From Bdellovibrionales bacterium (lineage in GTDB: Bacteria > Bdellovibrionota > Bdellovibrionia > Bdellovibrionales > JAUICD01), in NCBI GenBank assembly GCA_965197425.1, contig CBDANC010000015.1, positions 202,704-266,703 on the forward strand: a stretch of 64,000 bases of DNA. The letters run 5' to 3'. The notes beneath the pieces were generated by a model that was not told where the DNA came from, ran no database searches, and saw only the letters and a list, made by a program, of their open reading frames with translations. The position numbers were made by a program, and so were the translations under genes. Positions 1 to 9,284 of the stretch are shown here, in pieces. Positions within the stretch are counted from its first letter, which is position 1; every line of letters begins with the position of its first letter.

Positions 1-63
1 GCGGTGCAATGATTTTAGAAGGGCTTTAGATAGGACAGGAATTTCTTGTTGTAAGGGAGAACA

Positions 64-2076
64 ATGACTTTTAGTTTAGAAAAAATAGACAACATTGCGT
101 TGGTAAGTATTGATGCAAAAGATGAAAAAGTAAATAAGCTTACAAAAAATGCAATGTTAGAACTAGAAGAACTTATAAAAGATGTTGATGCTGAAGCCCT
201 GGTATTTATATCTAAAAAATCAGGATTTATTGCAGGAGCTGACATATCAGAGATTCAAAACTTAGATACGGAGCATAAGGCTAAGGAGCTTTCTAGTGAG
301 GGGCAGAGAATTTTTAATATATTAGAGGATCTTAAAATACCTAGTATAGCTGCAATCAATGGGGCTTGTCTTGGCGGTGGATGTGAATTTGCGTTAGCTT
401 GTGATTATAGAATTGCAACTAAATCATCTATCATTGGGCTTCCTGAAACTAAACTGGGTGTAGTTCCTGGTTTGGGAGGTACATTTAGATTACCAAGACT
501 TGTGGGTATAAAAAATGCCTTAGATATTATTTTGCCAGGTAAAAGCCTTCCAGGTAAAAAAGCACTAAAAATAGGATTAATAGATGAGCTTGTGCCAGAT
601 ACAATTTTAAAAAGTCGTGCCATAGAAGTAACAAAAAAAATTAAAAAAAGAGACTATATCCTGGATCTGAAAGACAGATTACAAATGGTTTTAAAGCCAA
701 TTATCTTAAGTATTGCAAAAACAAGGGTTTTGAAAAAAGCAGGGGGCCACTACCCAGCACCACTAAAGGCACTGGAATTAGTTGGTAAAGCAAAAATATC
801 AGATAGAACAAAGTCTCTAGAGCGAGAAGCGGTGGCGTTTTCCAAGCTTGCAACGGATGAGGTTGCTAAAAATTTAATAGAACTTTATTTCCAATCTAAC
901 AGGGCTAAAAAACTATTATCTAGTGATGCTAAACCAAAAGAAGTTAAAAGCATTGCTGTTATAGGTTCAGGAGTAATGGGAGGGGGTATAGCTTCTTTGG
1001 CAGCAGAAAAAAATATTGAAGCCATAATGAAGGATATAAATCTAAAAGCTTTGGCAGTGGGGTTTAAAGCTGCAAGTAGAATCTGGAAAAAAAAGAAGAA
1101 AAACAAATATCAATATCAAGGCTACATGGACAAACTCACTGGAAGCTTAGACTACTGTGGGTTCGATAGAGTAGATGTTGTTATAGAAGCTGTAGTTGAA
1201 GATATGGAAATCAAAAAGAAAGTATTAAATGAACTAAGAGAACATTGCGACGAGAACTGTATTATAGCCACAAACACTTCATCTCTTAGTGTACATGAAA
1301 TGGGAGGTGGTGATAAAAATTTTGTTGGTATGCACTTTTTTAACCCAGTTCATAGAATGCCTTTAGTAGAAGTGGTTAAAACTGAAGAAACTTCCAGTGA
1401 AGCAGTCGCTATAATTTTTGCATTGGCAAAAAGAATGGGTAAAATTCCTATTATAGTAAAAGATAGTCCTGGGTTTTTAGTTAATAGACTTCTACTTCCT
1501 TACTTGAATGAAGCACTTTACTTGTTAGAAGATGGTTATTCCATAAGAACAATTGATAAATCTTTTATAAAGTTTGGTCTTCCCATGGGGCCGCTAAGAC
1601 TTTTAGATGAAGTGGGGATTGATGTAGCTTCTAAAGTGGCTCATATGTTTCATAAAGCTTTTGGTGACAGAGCAAAACCATCTGAAATTATGGAAAAGAT
1701 GGTTTCACTAGAAAGATTCGGTAAAAAATCAAAAAAAGGATTTTATGTACATAGTGGAAACAAAGCGCATCCTGATAATGAACTATATGAAAAGCTAGGT
1801 TTAAAACTCAAAAATTCAAGCAAATCCTCTGCTGAAGAAGAAATAACAAGCAGAGGATTGTGCGTAATGATCAATGAAGCTAGAAAAGCTTTAGAAGAAA
1901 AAGTTGTAGATGACGAATGGATACTAGATTTAGCTATGGTGATGGGCATAGGTTTTCCTCCTTTCAGGGGAGGGCTTATGAAGTATGCTAACTTACAAGG
2001 ATCCGCAATCATGGAGTTTCTAGATCATTGGTTTGAAAAAACAGGGCATTCTAGATTTAAACGAACCTCAAACTAA
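64..2076 (+). CDS. fadB: Bifunctional fatty-acid oxidation protein (enoyl-CoA hydratase/isomerase + 3-hydroxyacyl-CoA dehydrogenase, FadB/FadJ type)
   Basis: 670-aa ORF with crotonase-fold block AAINGACLGGGCEFALACDYRIA, Rossmann motif IAVIGSGVMGGGIA and 3-hydroxyacyl-CoA dehydrogenase block HFFNPVHRMPLVEVV. A purine-rich RBS (aagggaga) precedes the ATG. Confidence 0.9.
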   Translation: MTFSLEKIDNIALVSIDAKDEKVNKLTKNAMLELEELIKDVDAEALVFISKKSGFIAGADISEIQNLDTEHKAKELSSEGQRIFNILEDLKIPSIAAINGACLGGGCEFALACDYRIATKSSIIGLPETKLGVVPGLGGTFRLPRLVGIKNALDIILPGKSLPGKKALKIGLIDELVPDTILKSRAIEVTKKIKKRDYILDLKDRLQMVLKPIILSIAKTRVLKKAGGHYPAPLKALELVGKAKISDRTKSLEREAVAFSKLATDEVAKNLIELYFQSNRAKKLLSSDAKPKEVKSIAVIGSGVMGGGIASLAAEKNIEAIMKDINLKALAVGFKAASRIWKKKKKNKYQYQGYMDKLTGSLDYCGFDRVDVVIEAVVEDMEIKKKVLNELREHCDENCIIATNTSSLSVHEMGGGDKNFVGMHFFNPVHRMPLVEVVKTEETSSEAVAIIFALAKRMGKIPIIVKDSPGFLVNRLLLPYLNEALYLLEDGYSIRTIDKSFIKFGLPMGPLRLLDEVGIDVASKVAHMFHKAFGDRAKPSEIMEKMVSLERFGKKSKKGFYVHSGNKAHPDNELYEKLGLKLKNSSKSSAEEEITSRGLCVMINEARKALEEKVVDDEWILDLAMVMGIGFPPFRGGLMKYANLQGSAIMEFLDHWFEKTGHSRFKRTSN

Positions 2077-2105
2077 CCTGTCCTTGCTTGATTGCCCTAC
2101 CACTT

Positions 2106-2118
2106 GACTACCTGATCA
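2106..2118 (-). repeat. Second copy of the 13-mer TGATCAGG(T/C)AGTC, whose TGA is the stop codon of the four-helix-bundle gene
   Basis: gactacctgatca (2106-2118) matches gactgcctgatca (2498-2510) at 12 of 13 positions in the same orientation. The two copies flank the four-helix-bundle gene. Confidence 0.55.
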
Positions 2119-2430
2119 AGCATTCTTACACAATTTGTATAAATATCCCCCTAGAGTATTTGCTTCATTTATTAGTTTTTGGTGGTTAATGAGATTTAGT
2201 ATAGCCTGTACTTCTCTAAGTGAGCCTAAGCTTATTCTATAAAACTTTCGCCTTTCTTTATTGCTGAACTTTGCACTGCCCTCTGCAAGATTTAGTACAA
2301 TGCTCAGTATAGCTCTTTGGAATTGGTTTTTAAGCGGTTCTTTTAGATATAAATTCTTAGAATTATTGTAAAATTGAACAGCTAGTTGATATGTTTTAAA
2401 TTTTCTCATAAAAAATTTCCTCCTTACCAT
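2116..2430 (-). CDS. Four-helix-bundle protein (23S rRNA intervening-sequence protein family)
   Basis: The block NLAEGSAKFSNKERRKFYRISLGSLREVQ matches the family hallmark (NIAEG ... GS..E). The more likely start is the second ATG at 2409 (MRKFKTYQLAV), which follows a perfect AAGGAGG. Confidence 0.8.
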   Translation of the reverse strand: MVRRKFFMRKFKTYQLAVQFYNNSKNLYLKEPLKNQFQRAILSIVLNLAEGSAKFSNKERRKFYRISLGSLREVQAILNLINHQKLINEANTLGGYLYKLCKNA

Positions 2431-2452
2431 CTTTGATGGGAGGAAATTTTTT
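2410..2452 (-). terminator. Perfect 14-bp inverted repeat (AAAAAATTTCCTCC / GGAGGAAATTTTTT, 15-nt loop), a bidirectional terminator-like hairpin
   Basis: Read directly from the sequence. On the minus strand it lies 56 nt downstream of the bamA-like stop and ends in a T run. Its 3' arm contains the GGAGG Shine-Dalgarno of the ATG at 2409. Confidence 0.65.
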
Positions 2453-2460
2453 TAGAAAAT

Positions 2461-2510
2461 TTAATTAATCATCGGATCCCTGATTTCCTGAGTGCCGGAC
2501 TGCCTGATCA
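2461..2510 (-). repeat. Dispersed repeat module TGATCAGGCAGTC... whose TGA is the stop codon of the bamA-like gene
   Basis: Minus-strand TGATCAGGCAGTCCGGCACTCAGGAAATCAGGGATCC resembles 18651-18682 (TGATCAGGCAATCAGAGCCAGGAATCCAG). The 13-mer recurs at 2106-2118. Confidence 0.6.
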
Positions 2511-4823
2511 GAACATGCCTATTGAAAAGTGAACTCTACTTCCATCTGTAGAAAGTCCATCAGCCCAACTCAGTCTCCATCCATACTCTAAACTAACAGG
2601 ACCGACTGGTGTGGAAAATCTTAACCCCAAACCTACAGAGTCTCGATATGATTTTTCAAAATCAATTCCATCGATTAGTACACTACCACCATCATAGAAA
2701 AAGACACCACCAAATAACCCAGAAATAGGAAACCTTAACTCAGTTTTTATTAAATAGAAAATACTTGTGTCATGAATGGGTAAGACACCTAAAGAGTCAC
2801 TGGGAAACTCAGATCGATCTGGGATTGAATTTAACTCAAACCCTCTAATAGTAGATCTTCCACCTAAAAAGAATCCTTTAGATTCTGGTATTACTAATGA
2901 AGAATCACTTACATTTGCAAGGTAACCACCTGATAAAACTTGTGCAAATACAACTTTTCCCACGGGTACATAATAGTTAAAACTTCCAGTTAAACGATAA
3001 TACTTATAATCTGCATTGTTTAGATTAAGACCTAGAAAAGGAGAAGAATACTCAAAAGAAGATTGATAATACCAGCCTCTAGTAGGATCAAAAGGATGGT
3101 CTCTAAAGTCGAGTTCTATAGAAGGGCCTGTTGATCCTGTAATTGTAGATTCACTTTCTTCCGTGTCATTAACATATCTAAATAAAGTAGAGTTCTCAAA
3201 ATTCCATAGGCCATAGGAAAAGCTAGATCTTTCATGAAACTTAAGCTCTAAGCCTGTATTAAAAGCAATTTTATCTTCTACTACTATTCCATCAGATTCT
3301 TGTCTGTTTACAGAGATAATATTTTTTTCTTTTGTTACACCAACTCTACTTCCAACTTTCCAGTCAAAGATATATGGTTCACGATACCCTAAACCAATCT
3401 CATGTTCCAAAACACCTGCTTCATCCTGAGTTAGAGCTTTTTGTAGCTCAAAGTGACCACTAACTCTTCTGGCAGTCCCAAAGATGTTGTCATAATATAT
3501 ATTACTAAAACCTCTTAAGGTTAAGTTGTACTCATCACTTATACCCACACCAAGATTAAATACACCAGGATCCTTTTCTGTCACCTCTATTCGTACATCC
3601 ACTTTGCCGGGCTCATTGGTTTCTACAGTTGTGATATCTGCTCTGGTAAACAAGCCAGTTCTTAAAAGTATTTGTCTATTTTGATCTATTTTTTTTGGAC
3701 TTAGAGATCCACCTTTCTTAAAATTTATTTCATTTAAGATGACATGATTTTTTGTTTTTGAGTTACCCTCAATAATAATATCATTTACGCTGACTTCATA
3801 GCCTTCGTTAATATCAATTGTGATTGTAGCTAATCTTTGGCTACGATTATATTGTACAACTTGATCAATGTTGTTAAATTCCATGTTTAGGAAAGATCTA
3901 TCAGTGTAATACTGTTTTACATCTGCAAGTGACTGTTCAAGCTTAGATATATTTAACTTATCCTGAGGTTTTATGTCTAAAAGTTCTTCTAATACTTTTT
4001 TCTCAAACTTTTGGTTTCCAACTATATTGATCTTCTCCACATATGTTGCAAATCCTTCATCTATTACTATCTGTACATTTACAACTTCCTGTGATTTGGC
4101 AAACTCTTCTGATATTGATCTAAGCTCTGCGTACAAATATCCTTTGTATACAAGGTCTAGTAATAAAGCCTCTACTCCTTCATTTATATTCCCTCTGTAA
4201 TACCCACCAAAACTTTTTTGCAAGCTAGAATTATGTTGTTCTATAAAAGCAGCAAAAGTTTTGGCGTTATCAGGATTGTTACTTATAACGGTAAGCCTGC
4301 CCAGCCTTGAGAATACTCCGGGCTTAATGTTGAAAACCAAGTTGGTGTTAAAATCGGATATCTTTATTTTGTATGTTGCTTGAACGTTGCTGTAGCCATA
4401 CTCCCTATATAGTTTGATTACTTTTTCTTTTGTATATGTGGCAGGGTCGGATAACTGCTCATTATAGTTTGTCCAATCCAAAGCTTCTCTGATCCTACCA
4501 ACTCCTACTATATCTGAATCTTCATTTTCTATGTTAAAATAAGCCTTTAGTCTATATGGGTTTTTAATAGTAAATTTTAAATTGTTTAGAACTGTTTTAT
4601 CTAACACTACAGAAGAGGAAAAATATTCATTATCTTGCAAATAAGTTTTTATTTTATCCGAGATCTCTTGGTCCATACCATCAGAGTAAGTTTGTGTACT
4701 ATACGTACTGGTTAGTTTTATCAGTTCAGAATATAGTTTTGGATTCTCTGTTTCTATTTGTACGTTGACTGAGGCATTTGCATGAACTGCCTGTGTAATT
4801 AGTATAAATATTATATTTATCAC
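2508..4823 (-). CDS. bamA: Omp85-family outer-membrane protein assembly factor (BamA-sized, POTRA repeats + beta-barrel)
   Basis: 771 aa with a short signal peptide (MINIIFILITQAVHA) and a long soluble N-terminal region. The C-terminal half is rich in G/Y/F beta-strands and ends in ...VHFSIGMF, a terminal aromatic typical of OMPs. Its start overlaps the upstream TamB-like stop. Confidence 0.75.
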   Translation of the reverse strand: MINIIFILITQAVHANASVNVQIETENPKLYSELIKLTSTYSTQTYSDGMDQEISDKIKTYLQDNEYFSSSVVLDKTVLNNLKFTIKNPYRLKAYFNIENEDSDIVGVGRIREALDWTNYNEQLSDPATYTKEKVIKLYREYGYSNVQATYKIKISDFNTNLVFNIKPGVFSRLGRLTVISNNPDNAKTFAAFIEQHNSSLQKSFGGYYRGNINEGVEALLLDLVYKGYLYAELRSISEEFAKSQEVVNVQIVIDEGFATYVEKINIVGNQKFEKKVLEELLDIKPQDKLNISKLEQSLADVKQYYTDRSFLNMEFNNIDQVVQYNRSQRLATITIDINEGYEVSVNDIIIEGNSKTKNHVILNEINFKKGGSLSPKKIDQNRQILLRTGLFTRADITTVETNEPGKVDVRIEVTEKDPGVFNLGVGISDEYNLTLRGFSNIYYDNIFGTARRVSGHFELQKALTQDEAGVLEHEIGLGYREPYIFDWKVGSRVGVTKEKNIISVNRQESDGIVVEDKIAFNTGLELKFHERSSFSYGLWNFENSTLFRYVNDTEESESTITGSTGPSIELDFRDHPFDPTRGWYYQSSFEYSSPFLGLNLNNADYKYYRLTGSFNYYVPVGKVVFAQVLSGGYLANVSDSSLVIPESKGFFLGGRSTIRGFELNSIPDRSEFPSDSLGVLPIHDTSIFYLIKTELRFPISGLFGGVFFYDGGSVLIDGIDFEKSYRDSVGLGLRFSTPVGPVSLEYGWRLSWADGLSTDGSRVHFSIGMF

Positions 4824-7800
4824 TTAAAATAAACCTGGTATTTAAGATCCAACCCTAATACATTATTGTCTCTTTCATCTTGACTAATCAAGTTTGTGTC
4901 GCCTTCTTCTGGCTCTAATTCTTCATAGTTTCCTGTGATTGACAAATTATTGCTAAGTTTATATTCAACTCTCATATCTGATGTTTGGGAGTTTCCAAGT
5001 CTTCTGCTAAGTATTGTGCTTATTTTATCATTCCACTGTTTTTTTAGTACTATTTTTGGTGTTGATTCAATTACATTTTCTTCACCTGTCTCTTCCATTT
5101 CAGTTGATAGTTTGACATCCACTCCAGTTTTTTCTTTAAGTACCTTATTTAATACATTTTGACTTAGAATACTTGTAGATACATTAAGTGCCTGACTTTG
5201 TATTTTAGTTTCAATGTCAATATTGTCGGTTTCATCAGTTACATCACCAACAGCTAATAAGTTTACTATATCGAAATGGCCCAAATTAGTGTTACTAGTG
5301 AATGATATGTCGGGTTCATCCACATTACCGCGTACATACATTGTTATTGTATGTTCCTTGAATGTGGTAGTAGCTTCTAAATATATGTCGGGGTTTATTT
5401 CGTATCCACCTTTAAAGTCTAGTCTTGCTACATTGACTAAAAACTCATTGTTATTAATTTTTATTATACTATCTCTTTTAAGGTCTACTCTTCCTAGTAA
5501 TTTTGGATAAGCAGGTTGTCCTTTTATATACAGTCTTCCAGTGAAATCTCCCTCTACCATAGAGTTGTTGATAATTGCATCATCATCAAACTCAGATATA
5601 ATATTCATTTGTATAGGCCCTACTAATCTTTCTCTATAAGATGTGGGTAAAAATACATTGCTAGAGTAAAGTTCATTTGTTTCTGACTCATCAAACTCTG
5701 CTACAAATCTAACACTACTGGTATCATAAGTTCCTTCAAATAAAAATGGAAACCATGAACCAGATATTTTGACATTAGCATCTCCTTTGGTCTCCACCCC
5801 CTCTGGTATATTTAGGTTTACATTTTTTAATTGGAGATCAATTTGTGTTGGAAGATTTTTAAGTCCAAGCAATGCAATATTTCCTTTAGCGTGAGCTGTA
5901 CCCGAAGCAAAGTCTGCTGTTGCTTTGTCTATATTAATTTGGTTTTTAGAAAAACTAATCTGACCAAATAAGTTTTCAACAGAGTGAGGAATATCTTTGA
6001 CATCTAAAAATCCATTTCTAATGGATCCATGTCCATTAAGACGAACATCGCCTCTTTTTCCTCTGAAGCTACAAGCTATATCAAGCATTCCTCTGATATT
6101 GTCTAAAAATGGGGTTAAAAATGAAAATAAATCAGGATCAATGCTCCCAGCTAGTGACATATTTAGAAAATTCTTTCTAGAATTATTGGAGCGAAAGATT
6201 AGTCTTTGCCCACTATCATTGCCATTTAACGCTATAACTCCATTGGTCATGCCGTTATCGAAAACAATTTTAGCATTTTTAGCTACAAGTTCTTTTGAGT
6301 TTTTACTAATGTTCATGTCGAATATATCTATTTTTCCGTCTGCATTCCATAGCCAGTCAGATTTTGATTCAACATCTATATCTGTGGTTAGAAAGGAACT
6401 ATGTTGACTGATGTCAGCCCCAAAAACAGAAAGGTAGGGTGTAAAATCCCATCTATTAGCCTGTAAACTTAGTTCAAATGGAAAATCACTAGAATATGGT
6501 ATGTTGGAATATATCTTGAGTGAATTGTCACTTGTGTCCAATGACAAAAATAAATTGTTACTGGTTATTTGCATACCGTAGTCTATGCCAGGCATTGCTT
6601 TATTATAAGATCTTATGTCGTCTATTTTGCCATCTAGTCTTGTTGTGGGGCTTAAAACATGACCTTTCATTGTTAGTCTGGATGTATTTTTTCCCGACAA
6701 ATTTAAGCCTGTCTTTTTTAGAATTTGACTATCCTCTAACATAAAATTGTTGGCAATAGCCACCAAGTCTATAGTTCCATCAGGGCTACCAGTTCCATCT
6801 AACTTTACTAATCCGTTTCTTTTTTTCAATTCAACTTGTTCTGTTTCTACATTTCCTTCAATTGCTTTAATGTTAAAAACTAATTCATCAAAATATTCTC
6901 CGGCTATAACTCCATTTTTTATATTGCTTGTAAGAGTATAGTTTAGGCGATTGAATTGAAGTGGTCCATCTAAATTTATTTTGGCCTGACCTCTTCCAAA
7001 TGCATCAAATGGTAGCTTCACGATTCTGTCAAAAACATTAATAAGCTCTGAAGTTTCAAACTCCAAAACTTCTCCTTCCAATGAGATTGTTTTATCCTCA
7101 AGATCAACCCTAACATCAGCATTGTACTTTGATATATCTATTGACCCATTTATGTTATTAAAAAATAGAGTTCTGTTTGTATAAGAAAAATCCAATTCAG
7201 CATCATTTAACAAATAATCATCCAACCAAAAATCTTTTACTCCCAGATCTATATCAAATGATGCAGTTTTTGAATTTCCTTCAATAGCACCTGATCCTGC
7301 TATAACTCCCTCTAGTTTTAATCCGGCAACATTATTTTTTATAGCATTTAAGTTAAATTCTTCTGCTGCATAGGAAAAGTTAAAACCACTGTCAAAATTT
7401 ATAATGCCATCTGCATCTAGTCTGTTTCCATCGATATCTAATTTGCCGTTTATTTCAATTTTTTCTTTATCTATAGATAAACTGCCAAGCACTTGAGTGT
7501 TTCTTAATGCCACAATAGTTTTCTTTTTGTTATTTACAATAAAATCTGTTAGCACTAATGATCCATCGTTACATATGGTTATAAAGTTGTCGTACCTCAT
7601 CTCACAATCTAGATTGCCCACCACAGAACCTCTTATTGGTGCATTAACTTTCAAGCTCTTCAGAAATGGGTTTAGGCTTAAAGAATGTATATCTAAATTA
7701 AATCTAAGGGTGTCTTTTTGATTGGCATCTATAAAAGTAGTTCTTAGATCTGAGCCTCTATTTTGTAATCTAGCTCTTCGTATGTTCAATTGGTCGTTTA

Positions 7801-8758
7801 TCCTAGTACCAGCAATATTTAATTTTCCTAAATCTCTCCCATCTATTTTTAAATCTTCAAAATCATTGTTAAATGACCAGTAAGTACCCTCGACATCACT
7901 GCCGAAGTTAATGTTTGATTGTATATGTCCATCTAGTGTAGGAAGTTTTGCTATACGATTTGTTTTTAATAAAATATCTCTTATAATTTCCAGATTTGAG
8001 TCTAATTCTAATTCTAGATTTGACTCTAGGATTTTACTTTCATTAGCATTATTTACTTCACCAAAAATATTAGCATGTATTATATTATCTTTTGATGTAG
8101 AGAAATTTTCTATGTACAGCCTATCCTTAAAAATGCTAAATGTAGATAACAAATTTATTTTATCTAAATTTAAATTCAATTTTTGAATATTGAGATCGAA
8201 TCTGGAACTTATATCAAAATCTATCGATCTAAATCTATGTTGAGCTTTCAAAAATATATCTGCTGTAAATTTGTCTTTTCCTCTTGTTACTTCAACTTTA
8301 CTTTTTTCAAGAGTGATAGAGGCAATAGGAGTGACAGCTAAATATTTTGATAGCTTTGCTGAGTACAGTTCCAATTGCTTTTTTCTGGGTTTTAGCGAAC
8401 TTCTTTTACTTGTTCTTTTAGTTTTTGGTAGTTCTATTGGAATCACAGCATCTGACGCTATAATTTTTATTAATCTTAAGTTCGATTTTCTAAATTGAAA
8501 ATTAGGTATCAGAGATATCTGTTCTATGTAAGTATTTTTTGGCTGATCTTTTATATTAAGCTCAACTTGTTTTAGGTGTATACCTAATGGAAGTATGTTG
8601 ATCTTTATGTCTTTTGGTATTATGTGAACATTGTGATCAGATGTTCTGCTGGCTATTTTTTTTGCAAGATAATATTCTAGATTTGGTTTCAGTCCTAAGA
8701 AGAATAGGCTAATTAACCATACTAAAACTAAAACACCAAAGATCTTTTTTTTGGTCAA
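4820..8758 (-). CDS. tamB: TamB-like translocation and assembly module protein (AsmA-like, giant beta-rich periplasm-spanning protein)
   Basis: 1312 aa with an N-terminal signal anchor (KKKIFGVLVLVWLISLFFLGL) and N/D/S/G-rich beta-strand repeats throughout. It is translationally coupled to the Omp85 gene downstream. The start codon is TTG and overlaps the stop of the TPR ORF. Confidence 0.65.
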   Translation of the reverse strand: MTKKKIFGVLVLVWLISLFFLGLKPNLEYYLAKKIASRTSDHNVHIIPKDIKINILPLGIHLKQVELNIKDQPKNTYIEQISLIPNFQFRKSNLRLIKIIASDAVIPIELPKTKRTSKRSSLKPRKKQLELYSAKLSKYLAVTPIASITLEKSKVEVTRGKDKFTADIFLKAQHRFRSIDFDISSRFDLNIQKLNLNLDKINLLSTFSIFKDRLYIENFSTSKDNIIHANIFGEVNNANESKILESNLELELDSNLEIIRDILLKTNRIAKLPTLDGHIQSNINFGSDVEGTYWSFNNDFEDLKIDGRDLGKLNIAGTRINDQLNIRRARLQNRGSDLRTTFIDANQKDTLRFNLDIHSLSLNPFLKSLKVNAPIRGSVVGNLDCEMRYDNFITICNDGSLVLTDFIVNNKKKTIVALRNTQVLGSLSIDKEKIEINGKLDIDGNRLDADGIINFDSGFNFSYAAEEFNLNAIKNNVAGLKLEGVIAGSGAIEGNSKTASFDIDLGVKDFWLDDYLLNDAELDFSYTNRTLFFNNINGSIDISKYNADVRVDLEDKTISLEGEVLEFETSELINVFDRIVKLPFDAFGRGQAKINLDGPLQFNRLNYTLTSNIKNGVIAGEYFDELVFNIKAIEGNVETEQVELKKRNGLVKLDGTGSPDGTIDLVAIANNFMLEDSQILKKTGLNLSGKNTSRLTMKGHVLSPTTRLDGKIDDIRSYNKAMPGIDYGMQITSNNLFLSLDTSDNSLKIYSNIPYSSDFPFELSLQANRWDFTPYLSVFGADISQHSSFLTTDIDVESKSDWLWNADGKIDIFDMNISKNSKELVAKNAKIVFDNGMTNGVIALNGNDSGQRLIFRSNNSRKNFLNMSLAGSIDPDLFSFLTPFLDNIRGMLDIACSFRGKRGDVRLNGHGSIRNGFLDVKDIPHSVENLFGQISFSKNQINIDKATADFASGTAHAKGNIALLGLKNLPTQIDLQLKNVNLNIPEGVETKGDANVKISGSWFPFLFEGTYDTSSVRFVAEFDESETNELYSSNVFLPTSYRERLVGPIQMNIISEFDDDAIINNSMVEGDFTGRLYIKGQPAYPKLLGRVDLKRDSIIKINNNEFLVNVARLDFKGGYEINPDIYLEATTTFKEHTITMYVRGNVDEPDISFTSNTNLGHFDIVNLLAVGDVTDETDNIDIETKIQSQALNVSTSILSQNVLNKVLKEKTGVDVKLSTEMEETGEENVIESTPKIVLKKQWNDKISTILSRRLGNSQTSDMRVEYKLSNNLSITGNYEELEPEEGDTNLISQDERDNNVLGLDLKYQVYFK

Positions 8759-9213
8759 CTTTCCACCTTCTTATTCCATCTGAATAGTAGGGACTGAGCG
8801 TCTCTGAAATCAGGATTTTGGGATATTATCTCTGACATTAAACTTCTTGCCTTACGTTTTTTCCCTAATCCCCAAAGACATTTGGCCCTTGTGTATATTA
8901 CAGTTAGTATTGCCTCTGAGTCTACGGCATATTTTTCTAAAAGCACATCTGTGTGAGACAATGCATCGATGTATTGACCGTCTTCATAATAAGCTTCCAA
9001 TTTTAAAAAATGTGAGGCCTTGCTATCCAATGTGTTAAGTATACTAAGAGACTCTTTGTATGCATCCATTGTGTAAAGACAGATAGCCAGATCATATGCT
9101 GAGTTTGGATATTTTTTGACTGCACTTAAAATAGCTAGAGACAAGGCTCCATCGGACCCTTCGGGCTGCTCAGAGTTTGATTCAACTTTTAAAACTTGAG
9201 ATTTCATAAACAT
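8755..9213 (-). CDS. Small TPR-like protein, first gene of the tamB-bamA operon
   Basis: 152-aa helical-repeat sequence (AYDLAICLYTMDAYKESLSIL ... YYEDGQYIDALSHTDVLLEKY ... KARSLMSEIISQNPDF). Its stop overlaps the TamB start (TTGA). Confidence 0.5.
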   Translation of the reverse strand: MFMKSQVLKVESNSEQPEGSDGALSLAILSAVKKYPNSAYDLAICLYTMDAYKESLSILNTLDSKASHFLKLEAYYEDGQYIDALSHTDVLLEKYAVDSEAILTVIYTRAKCLWGLGKKRKARSLMSEIISQNPDFRDAQSLLFRWNKKVES

Positions 9214-9284
9214 TTAATTACACAAAGACAATGGAACTTATCGGAAAAAATCATTGAGATTATGAGCATTTATACTACGAATTT

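Noticed and set aside
4935-8498. Numerous plus-strand ORFs (63-136 aa) antisense to tamB and bamA
   Set aside because: All are embedded in long, well-supported minus-strand genes. The AT-rich antisense frames give hydrophobic, low-complexity peptides and have no independent signals.
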